From Candidatus Limnocylindria bacterium (lineage in GTDB: Bacteria > Chloroflexota > Limnocylindria > QHBO01): a stretch of 64,000 nt of DNA. The stretch covers positions 24,538 to 88,537 of the forward strand of contig DATBJR010000049.1 of the NCBI GenBank assembly GCA_036556325.1, read 5' to 3'. Within the stretch, counting starts at the first letter, position 1. Every line of letters starts with the position of its first letter. The translations under genes were made by a program, and so were the position numbers. The notes beneath the pieces are model-generated. The model searched no databases, had not been told where the DNA came from, and saw nothing but the letters and a program-made list of their open reading frames with translations. Below, in pieces: positions 52,721 to 62,104 of the stretch.

Positions 52721-53760
52721 CCACAGGCGAGCCGTCCAGCGCTCCGGCCTGGGCCGCGCAGGCGGCATTCGTCGTCTGGTCCCCGCGGTACAAGGGCACG
52801 CGCAGCGCCTGGATCGCCTCCGAGGTCGGCATGCCGGAGCCGGAGTACATGGCGCCGACCGCGGGTCGCGGATGGCGAGCTGCTCCGCTGAAGTACCCCC
52901 GGCAGCTCCTCTCGACGCTGGTGACGCTGGTGCGGCGGCGGCCTCGGGTCGTGTTCGTGCAGTCGCCCCCCAGCTTCGCCACCTGGACGGCCGCGCTGTA
53001 CGCCGCCATGGCGCGCGCCGCGCTGGTGATCGATGCGCACAGCGACGCGTTCGAGCGCGGCATCTGGACCCGGCCCCGCTGGCTGAACGCGGCCGTGGCG
53101 CGACGCGCGGCGGTCACCATCGTCACCGGGCCGCATTGGGCCGAGGTCATCGCCGGGATGGGCGGTCGCGCGGCCATCGTCCCGGCCGTGCCGACTCCGC
53201 TCACGGTCGGCGAGCCACCGCCGATGTCCGGCTTCAACGTGGCGGTGGTCACCACCTGGGCGGCGGATGAGCCGATGGAGGCCATCTTCGCCGCGGCGCG
53301 CGCCTGCCCGGCGGCGACCTTCCACGTCACGGGTCGGCCGCGTGCCATCGAGCGCTACGGGCCCGATCTGCCGGCCAACGTGCGACTCACCGGGTTCCTG
53401 GACGAGCCCGCCTACAACGGGCTGCTGGCCAGGGCGGACGCGGTCATGTGCCTGACGACGCGTGACCACACCATGCAGAACGGCGCCGCCGAGGCGCTCT
53501 ACCTGGGCACACCGATCATCACCAGCGACTGGGCCGTCCTGCGCGACTACTTCCGCCGCGGCACGATCCACGTTGACAACTCGGCCGAGGGCATCGCCGC
53601 CGCGGTCCAGCGCATGATGGACGAGGGCCCGGCGCTGCGGGCCGAGGTACGGGCGCTGCGCGACGAGATCGCCGACCGCTGGCAGCGCGACCGCGGCGCG
53701 ATCGTGGCCGCGGTGGACGACCAGCTTCGGAAGGTCGGCCGCGCGGCCTCTGGCCGCTAG
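52717..53760 (+). CDS. Putative GT-B fold glycosyltransferase
   Basis: GTG 52717 overlaps the upstream stop (GTGA). C-terminal VMCLTTRDHTMQNGAAEALYLGTPIITSD resembles the GT1/GT4 donor-binding region. The N-terminal half is not recognisable. Confidence 0.55.
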   Translation: MTTGEPSSAPAWAAQAAFVVWSPRYKGTRSAWIASEVGMPEPEYMAPTAGRGWRAAPLKYPRQLLSTLVTLVRRRPRVVFVQSPPSFATWTAALYAAMARAALVIDAHSDAFERGIWTRPRWLNAAVARRAAVTIVTGPHWAEVIAGMGGRAAIVPAVPTPLTVGEPPPMSGFNVAVVTTWAADEPMEAIFAAARACPAATFHVTGRPRAIERYGPDLPANVRLTGFLDEPAYNGLLARADAVMCLTTRDHTMQNGAAEALYLGTPIITSDWAVLRDYFRRGTIHVDNSAEGIAAAVQRMMDEGPALRAEVRALRDEIADRWQRDRGAIVAAVDDQLRKVGRAASGR

Positions 53761-54001
53761 GCGTTCGTCCGGGGGACGACGCTGGTACGACGGGCCCAGC
53801 GGATGGGGTGGTCCGCATCGGTCCGGTGCGGAGCGGAGCGGTCGATCGGCCCGCTTCGCCGACGCGAGCGCTGCCGCGCAGGACTCATTCGCTACTGCGG
53901 CGCGGCGTGCTGGGCACGTAGGGTCCTCGAACCATTGCCAGCCGCGGCGCGTCGGTCGGGTCCCCTCGACCACCGCGCACGCCGAGACGGAGTGACCTAG
54001 C

Positions 54002-55675
54002 ATGCGCTACAAGTCGATGCCGCTCGCCACCCGGACCTCCACCCCCGAACCGCCGGCAGCTCCTCCGACTCGATCGCCCAGACCACACCCGTGGTGGGTC
54101 GATTGGCTGCTCACCGTTCCCATCCTGCTGCTGATTCCCGTAATCCTGGTGCCGTACCTGGTGCATGGCGCGGGCCCCAGCCTTTCGCTCGAAGGTCCGG
54201 CGGTGGCCGGCCACAAGCTTGTCATCGCGGGGAGCGGTTTCCCGAGCGGCAGGAAGGTCTGGCTGGCCTGGGACGCGGCCGAGGTCGCCTGGCTGCCGGT
54301 TCCCAAGGTCAAGGGTGACGGCACGTTCGTCGTGAGTGCGGCGCTGCCGCCAGCAACCACGGCCGGTGATCACGTGCTCGCGGCGGAGCTCGCCCGCGGC
54401 AATGGCAAGGGCCCCGAATCCCGCAACGGCGTCCTGGCGTCGCTCACGGTTGAGGTGACGGCCGCGGAAGCGACGCCCACGCCCACCCAACGCGCGACAC
54501 CCACGCCCAAACCGAGCGGGAGCGCGAGTCCCAGGGCCACGGCCCGACCGAGCAGCACACCGCAGCCGACCCCGTCCATCGGCGGTGGCCCGGCGGTGGG
54601 TTATGGCGCGGGGACGACCGGCGGGGCCGGTGGACGCCACGAAATCGTCACCACCCTGGCTGATTCGGGGCCGGGCTCGCTGCGGGCCGCGCTCGAGGCC
54701 TCCGGCCCGCGGTTCATCACGTTCGATGTCGGCGGCACCATCAGCCTGCGCGGCAGCATCCACGTCAAGAACCCGTACGTCACGGTCGCAGGCGAGACGG
54801 CGCCGCGCCCCGGCATCACCGTGCGCGGCGGCTCATTGCTGGTGCGAACCTCCGAGGTCATCCTGCGGGACCTGCGCCTGCGCCCGGGCGACCAGGTGGA
54901 CGATCCGAATGACGTCGACGCGCTGACGCTGAACGGCGTCAACGCCTCGGTCAGCAACGTGCTGGTCGACCACGTGACGATGCTGTGGGGCCCGGACATC
55001 GGCGGCCTCGCGGTCCTGGGCGACGTCCGGGACGTGACGGTCCAGAACTCGATCATGGGCGAGGGCCTCTACCTCTCGGCGCATGCCGAAGGCACGGCCA
55101 GCCAGGGCGGTCACAGCATGGCCGCCAACGTCACCCAGCTGGATCCCGACCTGCCGGCACCGCGCCGCATCACGTTCTGGCGCGACCTCTTCACGACCTC
55201 GGACACGCGCATGCCGCGGTTCCAGGGCGCCGAGTGCGTCGACGTGGTGAACAACGTGATCTACAACTGGGGCATCAAGCCGGCGCACGGCAACCCGCGG
55301 AGCCTGAACCTGGTCAACAACTGGTTCCGCGCCGGGCCATTGACCGACAACGACCTGTTCTGGCTGGTGCAGACCAGCATCGTGACGCCGCACATCTTCG
55401 ACAACTCCGTCTACACCTCCGGCAACGTGGCCGATGGCGTCCGCGGCGGCCGCGAGAGCTCGGCCACGGTTTACGCCGATACGCCGCGCTGCGGCGGCCT
55501 CTCGGTCGCCGCCGGCGACCCTGGTGACGCGTATGCAGCGGTCCTCGACCATGCCGGCGCCACCGCTCCGATCCGCGACGAGGTGGACCGCCGGATCGTC
55601 GCCAACGTCGTCAACCGCGCCGGGCAGTATTTCAACGGAGCCGGCTACCCCGGGCCGAATCCGTACTGGCCGTAA
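54002..55675 (+). CDS. Membrane-anchored pectate-lyase-like right-handed beta-helix enzyme (putative polyuronate lyase)
   Basis: N-terminal TM (WWVDWLLTVPILLLIPVILVPYLV), an Ig-like segment and a T/P-rich linker. Then GYGAGTTGGAGG...LADSGPGSLRAALE...VTVAGETAP..GITV...LRDLRLRPGD, typical of pectate-lyase-type beta-helices. Confidence 0.6.
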   Translation: MRYKSMPLATRTSTPEPPAAPPTRSPRPHPWWVDWLLTVPILLLIPVILVPYLVHGAGPSLSLEGPAVAGHKLVIAGSGFPSGRKVWLAWDAAEVAWLPVPKVKGDGTFVVSAALPPATTAGDHVLAAELARGNGKGPESRNGVLASLTVEVTAAEATPTPTQRATPTPKPSGSASPRATARPSSTPQPTPSIGGGPAVGYGAGTTGGAGGRHEIVTTLADSGPGSLRAALEASGPRFITFDVGGTISLRGSIHVKNPYVTVAGETAPRPGITVRGGSLLVRTSEVILRDLRLRPGDQVDDPNDVDALTLNGVNASVSNVLVDHVTMLWGPDIGGLAVLGDVRDVTVQNSIMGEGLYLSAHAEGTASQGGHSMAANVTQLDPDLPAPRRITFWRDLFTTSDTRMPRFQGAECVDVVNNVIYNWGIKPAHGNPRSLNLVNNWFRAGPLTDNDLFWLVQTSIVTPHIFDNSVYTSGNVADGVRGGRESSATVYADTPRCGGLSVAAGDPGDAYAAVLDHAGATAPIRDEVDRRIVANVVNRAGQYFNGAGYPGPNPYWP

Positions 55676-55756
55676 GGACGTGGCGGCAGTCAGTGCAGCG
55701 GCGCGACGCCGAGCGCGCTACCGTGCACGTCCACACCACGGGATGACGGAGGTTGC

Positions 55757-57082
55757 ATGTCCTTGACTCGGCTCAGCGTCTTCGGGCTCGGCTACGTGGG
55801 CGCCGTGACCAGCGCCTGCCTGGCCGACCTGGGCGTCGAGGTTACCGGCGTTGACCTGAACCCGCTGAAGGTCGACACCATCAACGCCGGCCGCAGCCCG
55901 ATCGTGGAGGGCGGCCTCGACGAGCTGATCGCCGCCGGCGTCGCCGCGGGACGGCTGCGCGCGACACCGGATGCCGAAGCGGCCGTGCTCAATAGCGACA
56001 TCTCCATGATCTGCGTGGGCACCCCCAGCCATGCCAACGGCAGCCTGGACCTCACGGCCGTCCAACGCGTGGCGGAAACCGTCGGGGCGGCCATCGCTCG
56101 CAAGGGGGCGTGGCACCTGGTCGTGGTCCGGAGCACGATGCTGCCGGGCAGCACCGAGGAGCAGGTGGTGCCGCTGCTCGAGCGCCACTCCGGCCTGCGG
56201 GCGGGCACGGATTTCGGGGTCTGCTACAACCCGGAATTCCTCCGCGAGGGCAGCTCGATCGAGGACTTTCACCATCCGCCGTTCACCATCATCGGCAGCG
56301 ACGATCCACGCGCCGCAGCCGCTGCCGCCGCTCCGTATGCCGCCCTGCAGGGCGAGGTGATCACGACCTCCATCCGCGCGGCGGAGATGGTCAAGTACGT
56401 CTGCAACGCCTTCCACGCGCTGAAGGTGACGTTCGCCAACGAGGTCGGGCTGATCGCGTCGGCGCACGGGGTCGACAGCCACGAGGTGATGGACATCATC
56501 GGCCGCGACCACAAGCTGAACATCTCGACGGCCTACCTGCGACCGGGCTTCGCCTTCGGCGGGTCCTGCCTGCCGAAGGACCTGCGGGCGCTGACCCATG
56601 ACGCGAAGCGCAATGACCTGGAGGTGCCGGTGCTGTCGGCCATCCTGCCCAGCAACGAGCAGCACGTCGCGCGCGCGTACGAGCTCGTGCGAGCCACCGG
56701 CGCCCGCCGCATCGGCGTCTTGGGCCTCAGCTTCAAGGCCGGCACCGATGACCTGCGCGAGAGCCCGCTGGTCGCGCTGGTGGAGCGCCTGATCGGCCGC
56801 GGCTACGACGTGCGAGTGCACGATCCGAACGTCGCCTACGCCAACCTGCACGGCGCGAATCGCGCGTACATCGAGCAGGAGATCCCGCACATCGTCTCCA
56901 TCCTCACCGAGACCGCCGACGATCTGCTGCAGCACAGCGAGGTGGTCATCATCGGCAACGGCGATCCCGAGCACGTCCGCACTCTGCAGCGGCTGCGTGA
57001 CGGGCAGCAGGTCATCGACCTCGTCCGTCCCAGGGGCATGGAGCCGATGGATCCCGCTCACTACACCGGCATCGCCTGGTAG
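55757..57082 (+). CDS. Nucleotide-sugar 6-dehydrogenase, GDP-mannose 6-dehydrogenase (AlgD)-like
   Basis: LSVFGLGYVGAVTSACLADLG..., INAGRSPIVE, ICVGTPSHANGSLDL and VVRSTMLPGS parallel AlgD. Catalytic Cys lies in FGGSCLPKD. GGAGG RBS. Confidence 0.8.
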   Translation: MSLTRLSVFGLGYVGAVTSACLADLGVEVTGVDLNPLKVDTINAGRSPIVEGGLDELIAAGVAAGRLRATPDAEAAVLNSDISMICVGTPSHANGSLDLTAVQRVAETVGAAIARKGAWHLVVVRSTMLPGSTEEQVVPLLERHSGLRAGTDFGVCYNPEFLREGSSIEDFHHPPFTIIGSDDPRAAAAAAAPYAALQGEVITTSIRAAEMVKYVCNAFHALKVTFANEVGLIASAHGVDSHEVMDIIGRDHKLNISTAYLRPGFAFGGSCLPKDLRALTHDAKRNDLEVPVLSAILPSNEQHVARAYELVRATGARRIGVLGLSFKAGTDDLRESPLVALVERLIGRGYDVRVHDPNVAYANLHGANRAYIEQEIPHIVSILTETADDLLQHSEVVIIGNGDPEHVRTLQRLRDGQQVIDLVRPRGMEPMDPAHYTGIAW

Positions 57083-57099
57083 GTCGGACGACCTCGCCG

Positions 57100-57354
57100 A
57101 TGCGGGGCACCGGGCGACCCGCTAGGGTTCGCGACGTGACCCCCGACCGCGTCCTGGCGTGGCTGATGGCCGTTGTCCTGGCCGCCGTTGGCGGTGCCGC
57201 GGTAGCCGTGCCGCTGACCCTGCTGGTGCGCGCCTGGCTTAGTGACTGGCCCAACGGCTCGTGGGCGGCGGTGATCGCCATCGGCTACCTGGCCTGGGCC
57301 GCGACCTCGCTGGGGATCAGCGCCTACTGGCTGCGGCGGCAGGCAGGCCGATGA
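57100..57354 (+). CDS. Small two-TM membrane protein
   Basis: Two hydrophobic helices. The stop overlaps the epimerase start (ATGA). Start uncertain (ATG 57100 or GTG 57136). Confidence 0.4.
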   Translation: MRGTGRPARVRDVTPDRVLAWLMAVVLAAVGGAAVAVPLTLLVRAWLSDWPNGSWAAVIAIGYLAWAATSLGISAYWLRRQAGR

Positions 57355-58370
57355 GCCGCTCCATGCCGAATCGGCGGGCGGTGGTCACCGGCGGCGCTGG
57401 CTTCGTCGGCAGCACCCTGGTGGATCGCCTGCTGTCCGACGGATGGGAGGTCGTGGCGCTCGACAACTTCGATGAGTCGACCTACGGTCGTGCCGCGAAG
57501 CTCCGCAACCTGGCTGGCGCCCTGGCCGCACCGGCATTCGAGCTGCGCGAGGTCGACACCCGCGACGCGGCCGCGGTCATGACCGCGCTGCGCGACGTGG
57601 CACCCGGCGTCGTTTTCGACCTGGCGGCACGTGCGGGGGTCCGCCCGTCGATCGCCGACCCCGGGGCGTACGTGGCCACCAACGTCGCCGGGTTCCAGAA
57701 CACGCTGTCGGCCGCCGCCGCGGTCGGAGCTCGGGTCGTCTTTGCCTCGTCGAGCTCGATCTACGGCGACGACGACCGTCGCCCGTTCGTGGAGGACCAG
57801 GCCCGCGGGCGGCCGGAGTCGCCCTACGGGGCCACCAAGATCGCCGGCGAGGCGCTGGCCTTTGCCCACGGGCGGGCCACCGGGCTGCCGGTCGGCGTCG
57901 CGCGGCTGTTCACCGTCTACGGCCCGCGGCAGCGGCCGGACCTCGCCATCCACGCCTTCGCGCGACGCATCCTGGCGGGGGAGCCGGTGGTGCTGTTCGA
58001 CGAGGGACGCGGGTTGCGCGACTACACCTTCGTGACCGACGTCGTCGAGGCGCTGGTCCGACTATCGGACGCTGAGGACCGGTATCTGGTGGTCAACGTC
58101 GGCAGCGATCGGCCGATCCTGACCTCGCAGGTCATCGACGAGCTGGAGCGGGCGCTGGGCACCGTCGCGACCCGTGAGCTGGCACCGGCCCAACCTGGCG
58201 ACGTGCCGGCCACGCACGCCGACGTCAGTCGAGCGCGCAGCACGCTCGGCTGGTCGCCGCGGGTCCCGTTCGCGGAGGGCATCGACCGGTTCTGTGTCTG
58301 GCTGGTCGCTGAACAGGCAGCGGACCCCGATCAGGCCTCGGTCATCGAGGCGCGGCCCACGCCGACGTAG
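57351..58370 (+). CDS. NAD-dependent nucleotide-sugar epimerase/dehydratase (SDR; UDP-glucuronate/UDP-glucose 4-epimerase-like)
   Basis: VVTGGAGFVGSTLV (GxxGxxG), DNFD, ASSSSIYG, YGATKIAGE (YxxxK). Confidence 0.85.
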   Translation: MSRSMPNRRAVVTGGAGFVGSTLVDRLLSDGWEVVALDNFDESTYGRAAKLRNLAGALAAPAFELREVDTRDAAAVMTALRDVAPGVVFDLAARAGVRPSIADPGAYVATNVAGFQNTLSAAAAVGARVVFASSSSIYGDDDRRPFVEDQARGRPESPYGATKIAGEALAFAHGRATGLPVGVARLFTVYGPRQRPDLAIHAFARRILAGEPVVLFDEGRGLRDYTFVTDVVEALVRLSDAEDRYLVVNVGSDRPILTSQVIDELERALGTVATRELAPAQPGDVPATHADVSRARSTLGWSPRVPFAEGIDRFCVWLVAEQAADPDQASVIEARPTPT

Positions 58371-59659
58371 CGCAGCCCGGCGGCCCGCACCGCACCGGGC
58401 TCGAGCGCGTTGCGCGCGTCGAACAGCAGGTCACCCTTCATCACCTCGGCCAGGGCTGCCGGGCTGAGCGTGACGTATTCCGGCCACTCGGTGGCGAGCA
58501 CGACCGCATCGGCTCCGCTAGAGGCCTCCAGCGGCCCGGCGCAGATCGTCAGCCACGGCGCCTGTCGCGACACGGCCGCGGCGGCCTTGGGATCGCAGCC
58601 CACCACCGTTGCTCCCCGATCGCGGAGCACCGCGGCCAGGGCCAGGGCCGGGGAGTCGCGGATGTCATCCGTCCCCGGCTTGAAGGCGAGTCCCAGGAGT
58701 GCCACCCGGCGGCCGGCGACCTGGCCGTCGAGATCCGCTGCCAGGCGATCCGCGGCGAGGCCCGGCTGGCCCGCATTCACCGCGTCCACGGCCCCGGCCA
58801 GTGCGAGCTCCACGTCACGCTGGCGGCCCATGGCGATCATGGAGCGCACGTCCTTGGGCAGGCACGAGCCTCCGTAGCCGATGCCGGGGCGGAGGTAGTC
58901 GCCGCCGATGCGTGGATCGGACGAGATGCCGCGGAGCACGTCGTCGATCACCGCGCCGGTGGCGTCGCACAGCATGGCCAGCTCGTTGATGAAGCTGATC
59001 CGGGTGGCCAGGTAGGCATTGGCGGCGTTCTTGGTGAGCTCCGCGCTCTCGGCGTCGACCACCAGGATAGGGGCTTCCAGCGGGCGGTAGAGCGTCGACA
59101 GCAGCTCCGCGTGGTCGTCGTCGCCCAGGTCCGCTCGGCCGACCACCACCCGCGACGGGTGCAGGAAGTCCTCGAGGGCGCGCCCGGTCCGCAGGAATTC
59201 GGGGTTGGCGAGCACCGGCACCGACCAGTCGAGGCCACGGGCAGCGAGGGCTTGGTTCAGCGCGCGCTCCGCGGCACGGGTCGTGCCAACCGGCACGGTA
59301 CTGCGCAGCGCAACCACCACGGGATGATCCAGTGCCTGGCCCAGCGTGTCGAAGACGCTGTGCACGGCAGCGAGGTCCGCCTCGCCGGTCGGGGCCGACG
59401 GGGTCCCGACGCAGACCAGCACAACGTCGGCGTCGCGGAGGGCCTCCTCGGCGTCGAGCGTGAAGCGCAGGCGCCCATCGCTCTGCTGGAGGGTCAGCTC
59501 CGACTGGAGGCCCGGCTCGTAGTAGGGGGCCTCCCCGCGCTCGAGCGAGTGGAGCTTTTCGGCGTCCACTTCCAGCCCCACCACGCGCTGGCCGAGCCGA
59601 GCCAGGCAGGTGGCGGTGACAAGGCCCACGTAGCCAAGGCCGATGACGGCGATCTGCAT
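58331..59659 (-). CDS. ugd: UDP-glucose 6-dehydrogenase
   Basis: Internal ATG 59659. MQIAVIGLGYVGLVTATCLA, GEAPYYEPGL, catalytic Cys in GYGGSCLPKD. 442 aa. Confidence 0.85.
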   Translation of the reverse strand: MQIAVIGLGYVGLVTATCLARLGQRVVGLEVDAEKLHSLERGEAPYYEPGLQSELTLQQSDGRLRFTLDAEEALRDADVVLVCVGTPSAPTGEADLAAVHSVFDTLGQALDHPVVVALRSTVPVGTTRAAERALNQALAARGLDWSVPVLANPEFLRTGRALEDFLHPSRVVVGRADLGDDDHAELLSTLYRPLEAPILVVDAESAELTKNAANAYLATRISFINELAMLCDATGAVIDDVLRGISSDPRIGGDYLRPGIGYGGSCLPKDVRSMIAMGRQRDVELALAGAVDAVNAGQPGLAADRLAADLDGQVAGRRVALLGLAFKPGTDDIRDSPALALAAVLRDRGATVVGCDPKAAAAVSRQAPWLTICAGPLEASSGADAVVLATEWPEYVTLSPAALAEVMKGDLLFDARNALEPGAVRAAGLRYVGVGRASMTEA

Positions 59660-59807
59660 CTGCGTTCCCTTGATGGCAATGTCGGATGAGTACGGGGACC
59701 GGATGATAGCGAGTGCGGCCAGCAGCATCGGACCGGGGAGGGTGCACTGCTGGCCGGATGGTGGATAATCCACGCTCCGCGCTCGTCCTTCGTTCAAGGG
59801 GTGCCCC

Positions 59808-61013
59808 ATGGCAGCAGCCGCCCGCCGGCATTGCATGGTCGTCGACAACGTGTATCCCGATCCGCGCGTGGAGCGCGAGGCGAATGCCCTGCTGGAGCGC
59901 GGCTACTGGGTCGACGTCGTCTGCCTGCTCAGCCCCGGTCTGCCCCGCCGCGAGCGCATCGGCCGCCTCACGATCCATCGGCTGCCGATCAAGCGGCGAC
60001 GTGGCGCCTCGGCGCTGACGCAGCTGTGGGAGTACCTGGCCTTCGCGGCCTGGGCGACCGCGCTGGTCGCGGTCCGGCACCTCCGGACGCCGTACGACGT
60101 CGTGCAGGTGCACAACGTCCCCGATTTCCTCGTCTTCAGTGCCGTGGTGCCGAAGCTGGCGGGCGCCGGCGTGATCCTGGATCTCCACGACCTGATGCCA
60201 GAATTCTTCGCCAGCCGCTTCGGCCGTGACCTGAGCTCCAGGTTGGGACGGGCAGTGCTCTTCCAGGAGCGGCTGTCGACGGCCTTTGCCGACGAGGTGA
60301 TCACCGTCACCGACCTCTGGCGTTCGCGGCTGATCCGTCGCGGCGTGCCGGCCGAGAAGGTCCACGTCGTCATGAACCTGCCGGACCCGCACGAATACCC
60401 CATGCGCGAGCCGGTCGTGCGACGCACGGACGGTCCATTGACCGTCGTCTACCACGGGACATTGACACGCCGCTACGGGATCGACGTCCTGCTCATGGCG
60501 TTCGCGCTGGCTCGCCCCCGCGTCCCGCTGCGGTTGCTCATCCACGGGCGTGGCGAGTACCGCGACGAGGCGATGCAGCTTGGCGAGCAGCTGGGCCTGG
60601 GGGACACGGTGCGATGGAGCACGGGCCACCTGTCGACGACGGCGCTCGCCTCCCTGATCAGCCACGGCGACATCGGAGTGGTGCCCAACCGCAACGATGT
60701 ATTCACCGACGAGATCCTGCCCACCAAGCTGATGGAGTACGCCGCGCTCGGGATCCCGACCATCGCGTCGCGATCCACGGCGGTCGAGAGCTACTTCACC
60801 GACGAGATGGTCCGCTTCGTCGAGCCGGGCGATGCCGAGGCCATGGCCGAGGCGCTGGTGGAGCTCGCCACCGATCCGGACCGACGCGCTACGCTGGCGA
60901 CCAACGCGCAGCGCTTCTCACGACAATTCCAATGGGCCGATCAGGCAGCCGCCTACGAGGCGCTCGTGCACCGGCTCGGAGGGGAAAAGCCCGCGACGAT
61001 GGAGACCGCATGA
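59808..61013 (+). CDS. Glycosyltransferase family 4 (GT-B)
   Basis: VYHGTL..RYGIDVLL, IHGRGEYRDE, and PTKLMEYAALGIPTIASRS (EX7E-like region). Confidence 0.8.
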   Translation: MAAAARRHCMVVDNVYPDPRVEREANALLERGYWVDVVCLLSPGLPRRERIGRLTIHRLPIKRRRGASALTQLWEYLAFAAWATALVAVRHLRTPYDVVQVHNVPDFLVFSAVVPKLAGAGVILDLHDLMPEFFASRFGRDLSSRLGRAVLFQERLSTAFADEVITVTDLWRSRLIRRGVPAEKVHVVMNLPDPHEYPMREPVVRRTDGPLTVVYHGTLTRRYGIDVLLMAFALARPRVPLRLLIHGRGEYRDEAMQLGEQLGLGDTVRWSTGHLSTTALASLISHGDIGVVPNRNDVFTDEILPTKLMEYAALGIPTIASRSTAVESYFTDEMVRFVEPGDAEAMAEALVELATDPDRRATLATNAQRFSRQFQWADQAAAYEALVHRLGGEKPATMETA

Positions 61014-62104
61014 TCCCGATTGCCCGCCCCGTGCTTGGGGAAGAAGAGAAGGCGCTGGTGTGGAGCGCCATGGAGGCCGGCCAGCTGGCGCAGGGCGCCA
61101 GGGTGGCCGAGTTCGAGGAGCGCTTCGCGCGCTTCGTCGGCGCCGAGCACGCGGTGGCGGTCAGCTCCGGCACCACCGCCATCCATCTCGCCCTGCTGGC
61201 GGCCGGCATCGGCGCCGGCGACGAGGTCATCACCGTCTCGTTCACGTTCACCGCCAGCGCCAGCGGCATCCTGCACGCCGGGGCCCGGCCAGTCTTCATC
61301 GACGTCGACCCGGTCAGCTTCACCATGGACCCGGCGCAGATCGAGGCGGCCATCACGCCCCGGACGCGCGCCGTGATGCCGGTCAGCCTCTACGGCAACC
61401 CGGCGGACCTGCCCGCGATCATGGAGATCGCCAATCGCCACGGCCTGCGCCTGATCGAGGACGCCTGCCAGGCGCACGGCGCCTCGCTCGACGGGCGTCG
61501 CAGTGGCGCGTGGGGGACCGCCGTCTTCAGCTTCTACCCGACCAAGAACATGACCACCGGGGAAGGCGGGATGATCACCACCGACGATGCCGAGCTGGCC
61601 GAACGCGCGAGCCTGCTCCGAGCGCACGGCATGCGGGAGCGCTACAAGCCGGAGATGCTGGGCTACAACTTCCGGATGACCGATCTCGGAGCCAGCATCG
61701 GCCTGGCGCAGCTCGACAAGCTGCCGGCGGCCAATGCCCGTCGCCGGGCGATCGCCGACCGCTACGACCGCGAGCTGCAGGGGGTCATGACGCCCCAGCG
61801 GCGGCCGAACGCCGAGCATGCCTTCCACCAGTACACGCTGCGCGTCGCGCAACGCGACCGGTTCCTGGCGCGCCTGGCCGAGCTCGGCGTCGGCGCCAAC
61901 GTCTACTACCCGGTGCCGGTCCATCGCCAGACGCCGTTCCTCGAGGTCGCGGGTCAGCCGCTGCTGCCGGTCACCGAGATGCTCACCGACCAGATCATCT
62001 CCATCCCGGTCTACCCGAATCTGACCGATGACGAGGTCACGACCATCATCGGCGCCGTCAACCAGGTCGCAGGCGAGATCGGGGAGCGCCTGCCGAGCGA
62101 GTGA
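61010..62104 (+). CDS. DegT/DnrJ/EryC1/StrS family PLP-dependent sugar aminotransferase
   Basis: IPIARPVLGEEE, AVSSGTTAIHLAL, and PLP lysine in SFYPTKNMTTGEGG. ATGA overlap with the upstream GT. Confidence 0.9.
   Translation: MIPIARPVLGEEEKALVWSAMEAGQLAQGARVAEFEERFARFVGAEHAVAVSSGTTAIHLALLAAGIGAGDEVITVSFTFTASASGILHAGARPVFIDVDPVSFTMDPAQIEAAITPRTRAVMPVSLYGNPADLPAIMEIANRHGLRLIEDACQAHGASLDGRRSGAWGTAVFSFYPTKNMTTGEGGMITTDDAELAERASLLRAHGMRERYKPEMLGYNFRMTDLGASIGLAQLDKLPAANARRRAIADRYDRELQGVMTPQRRPNAEHAFHQYTLRVAQRDRFLARLAELGVGANVYYPVPVHRQTPFLEVAGQPLLPVTEMLTDQIISIPVYPNLTDDEVTTIIGAVNQVAGEIGERLPSE

Noticed and set aside
53761-54001. 241-nt intergenic region with a 65-aa ORF (53803-54000), as a possible small gene or ncRNA
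   Set aside because: The ORF translation is R/C/A/G-rich shadow-like sequence with no RBS. I could not recognise any known RNA family or convincing terminator. It is left unannotated.
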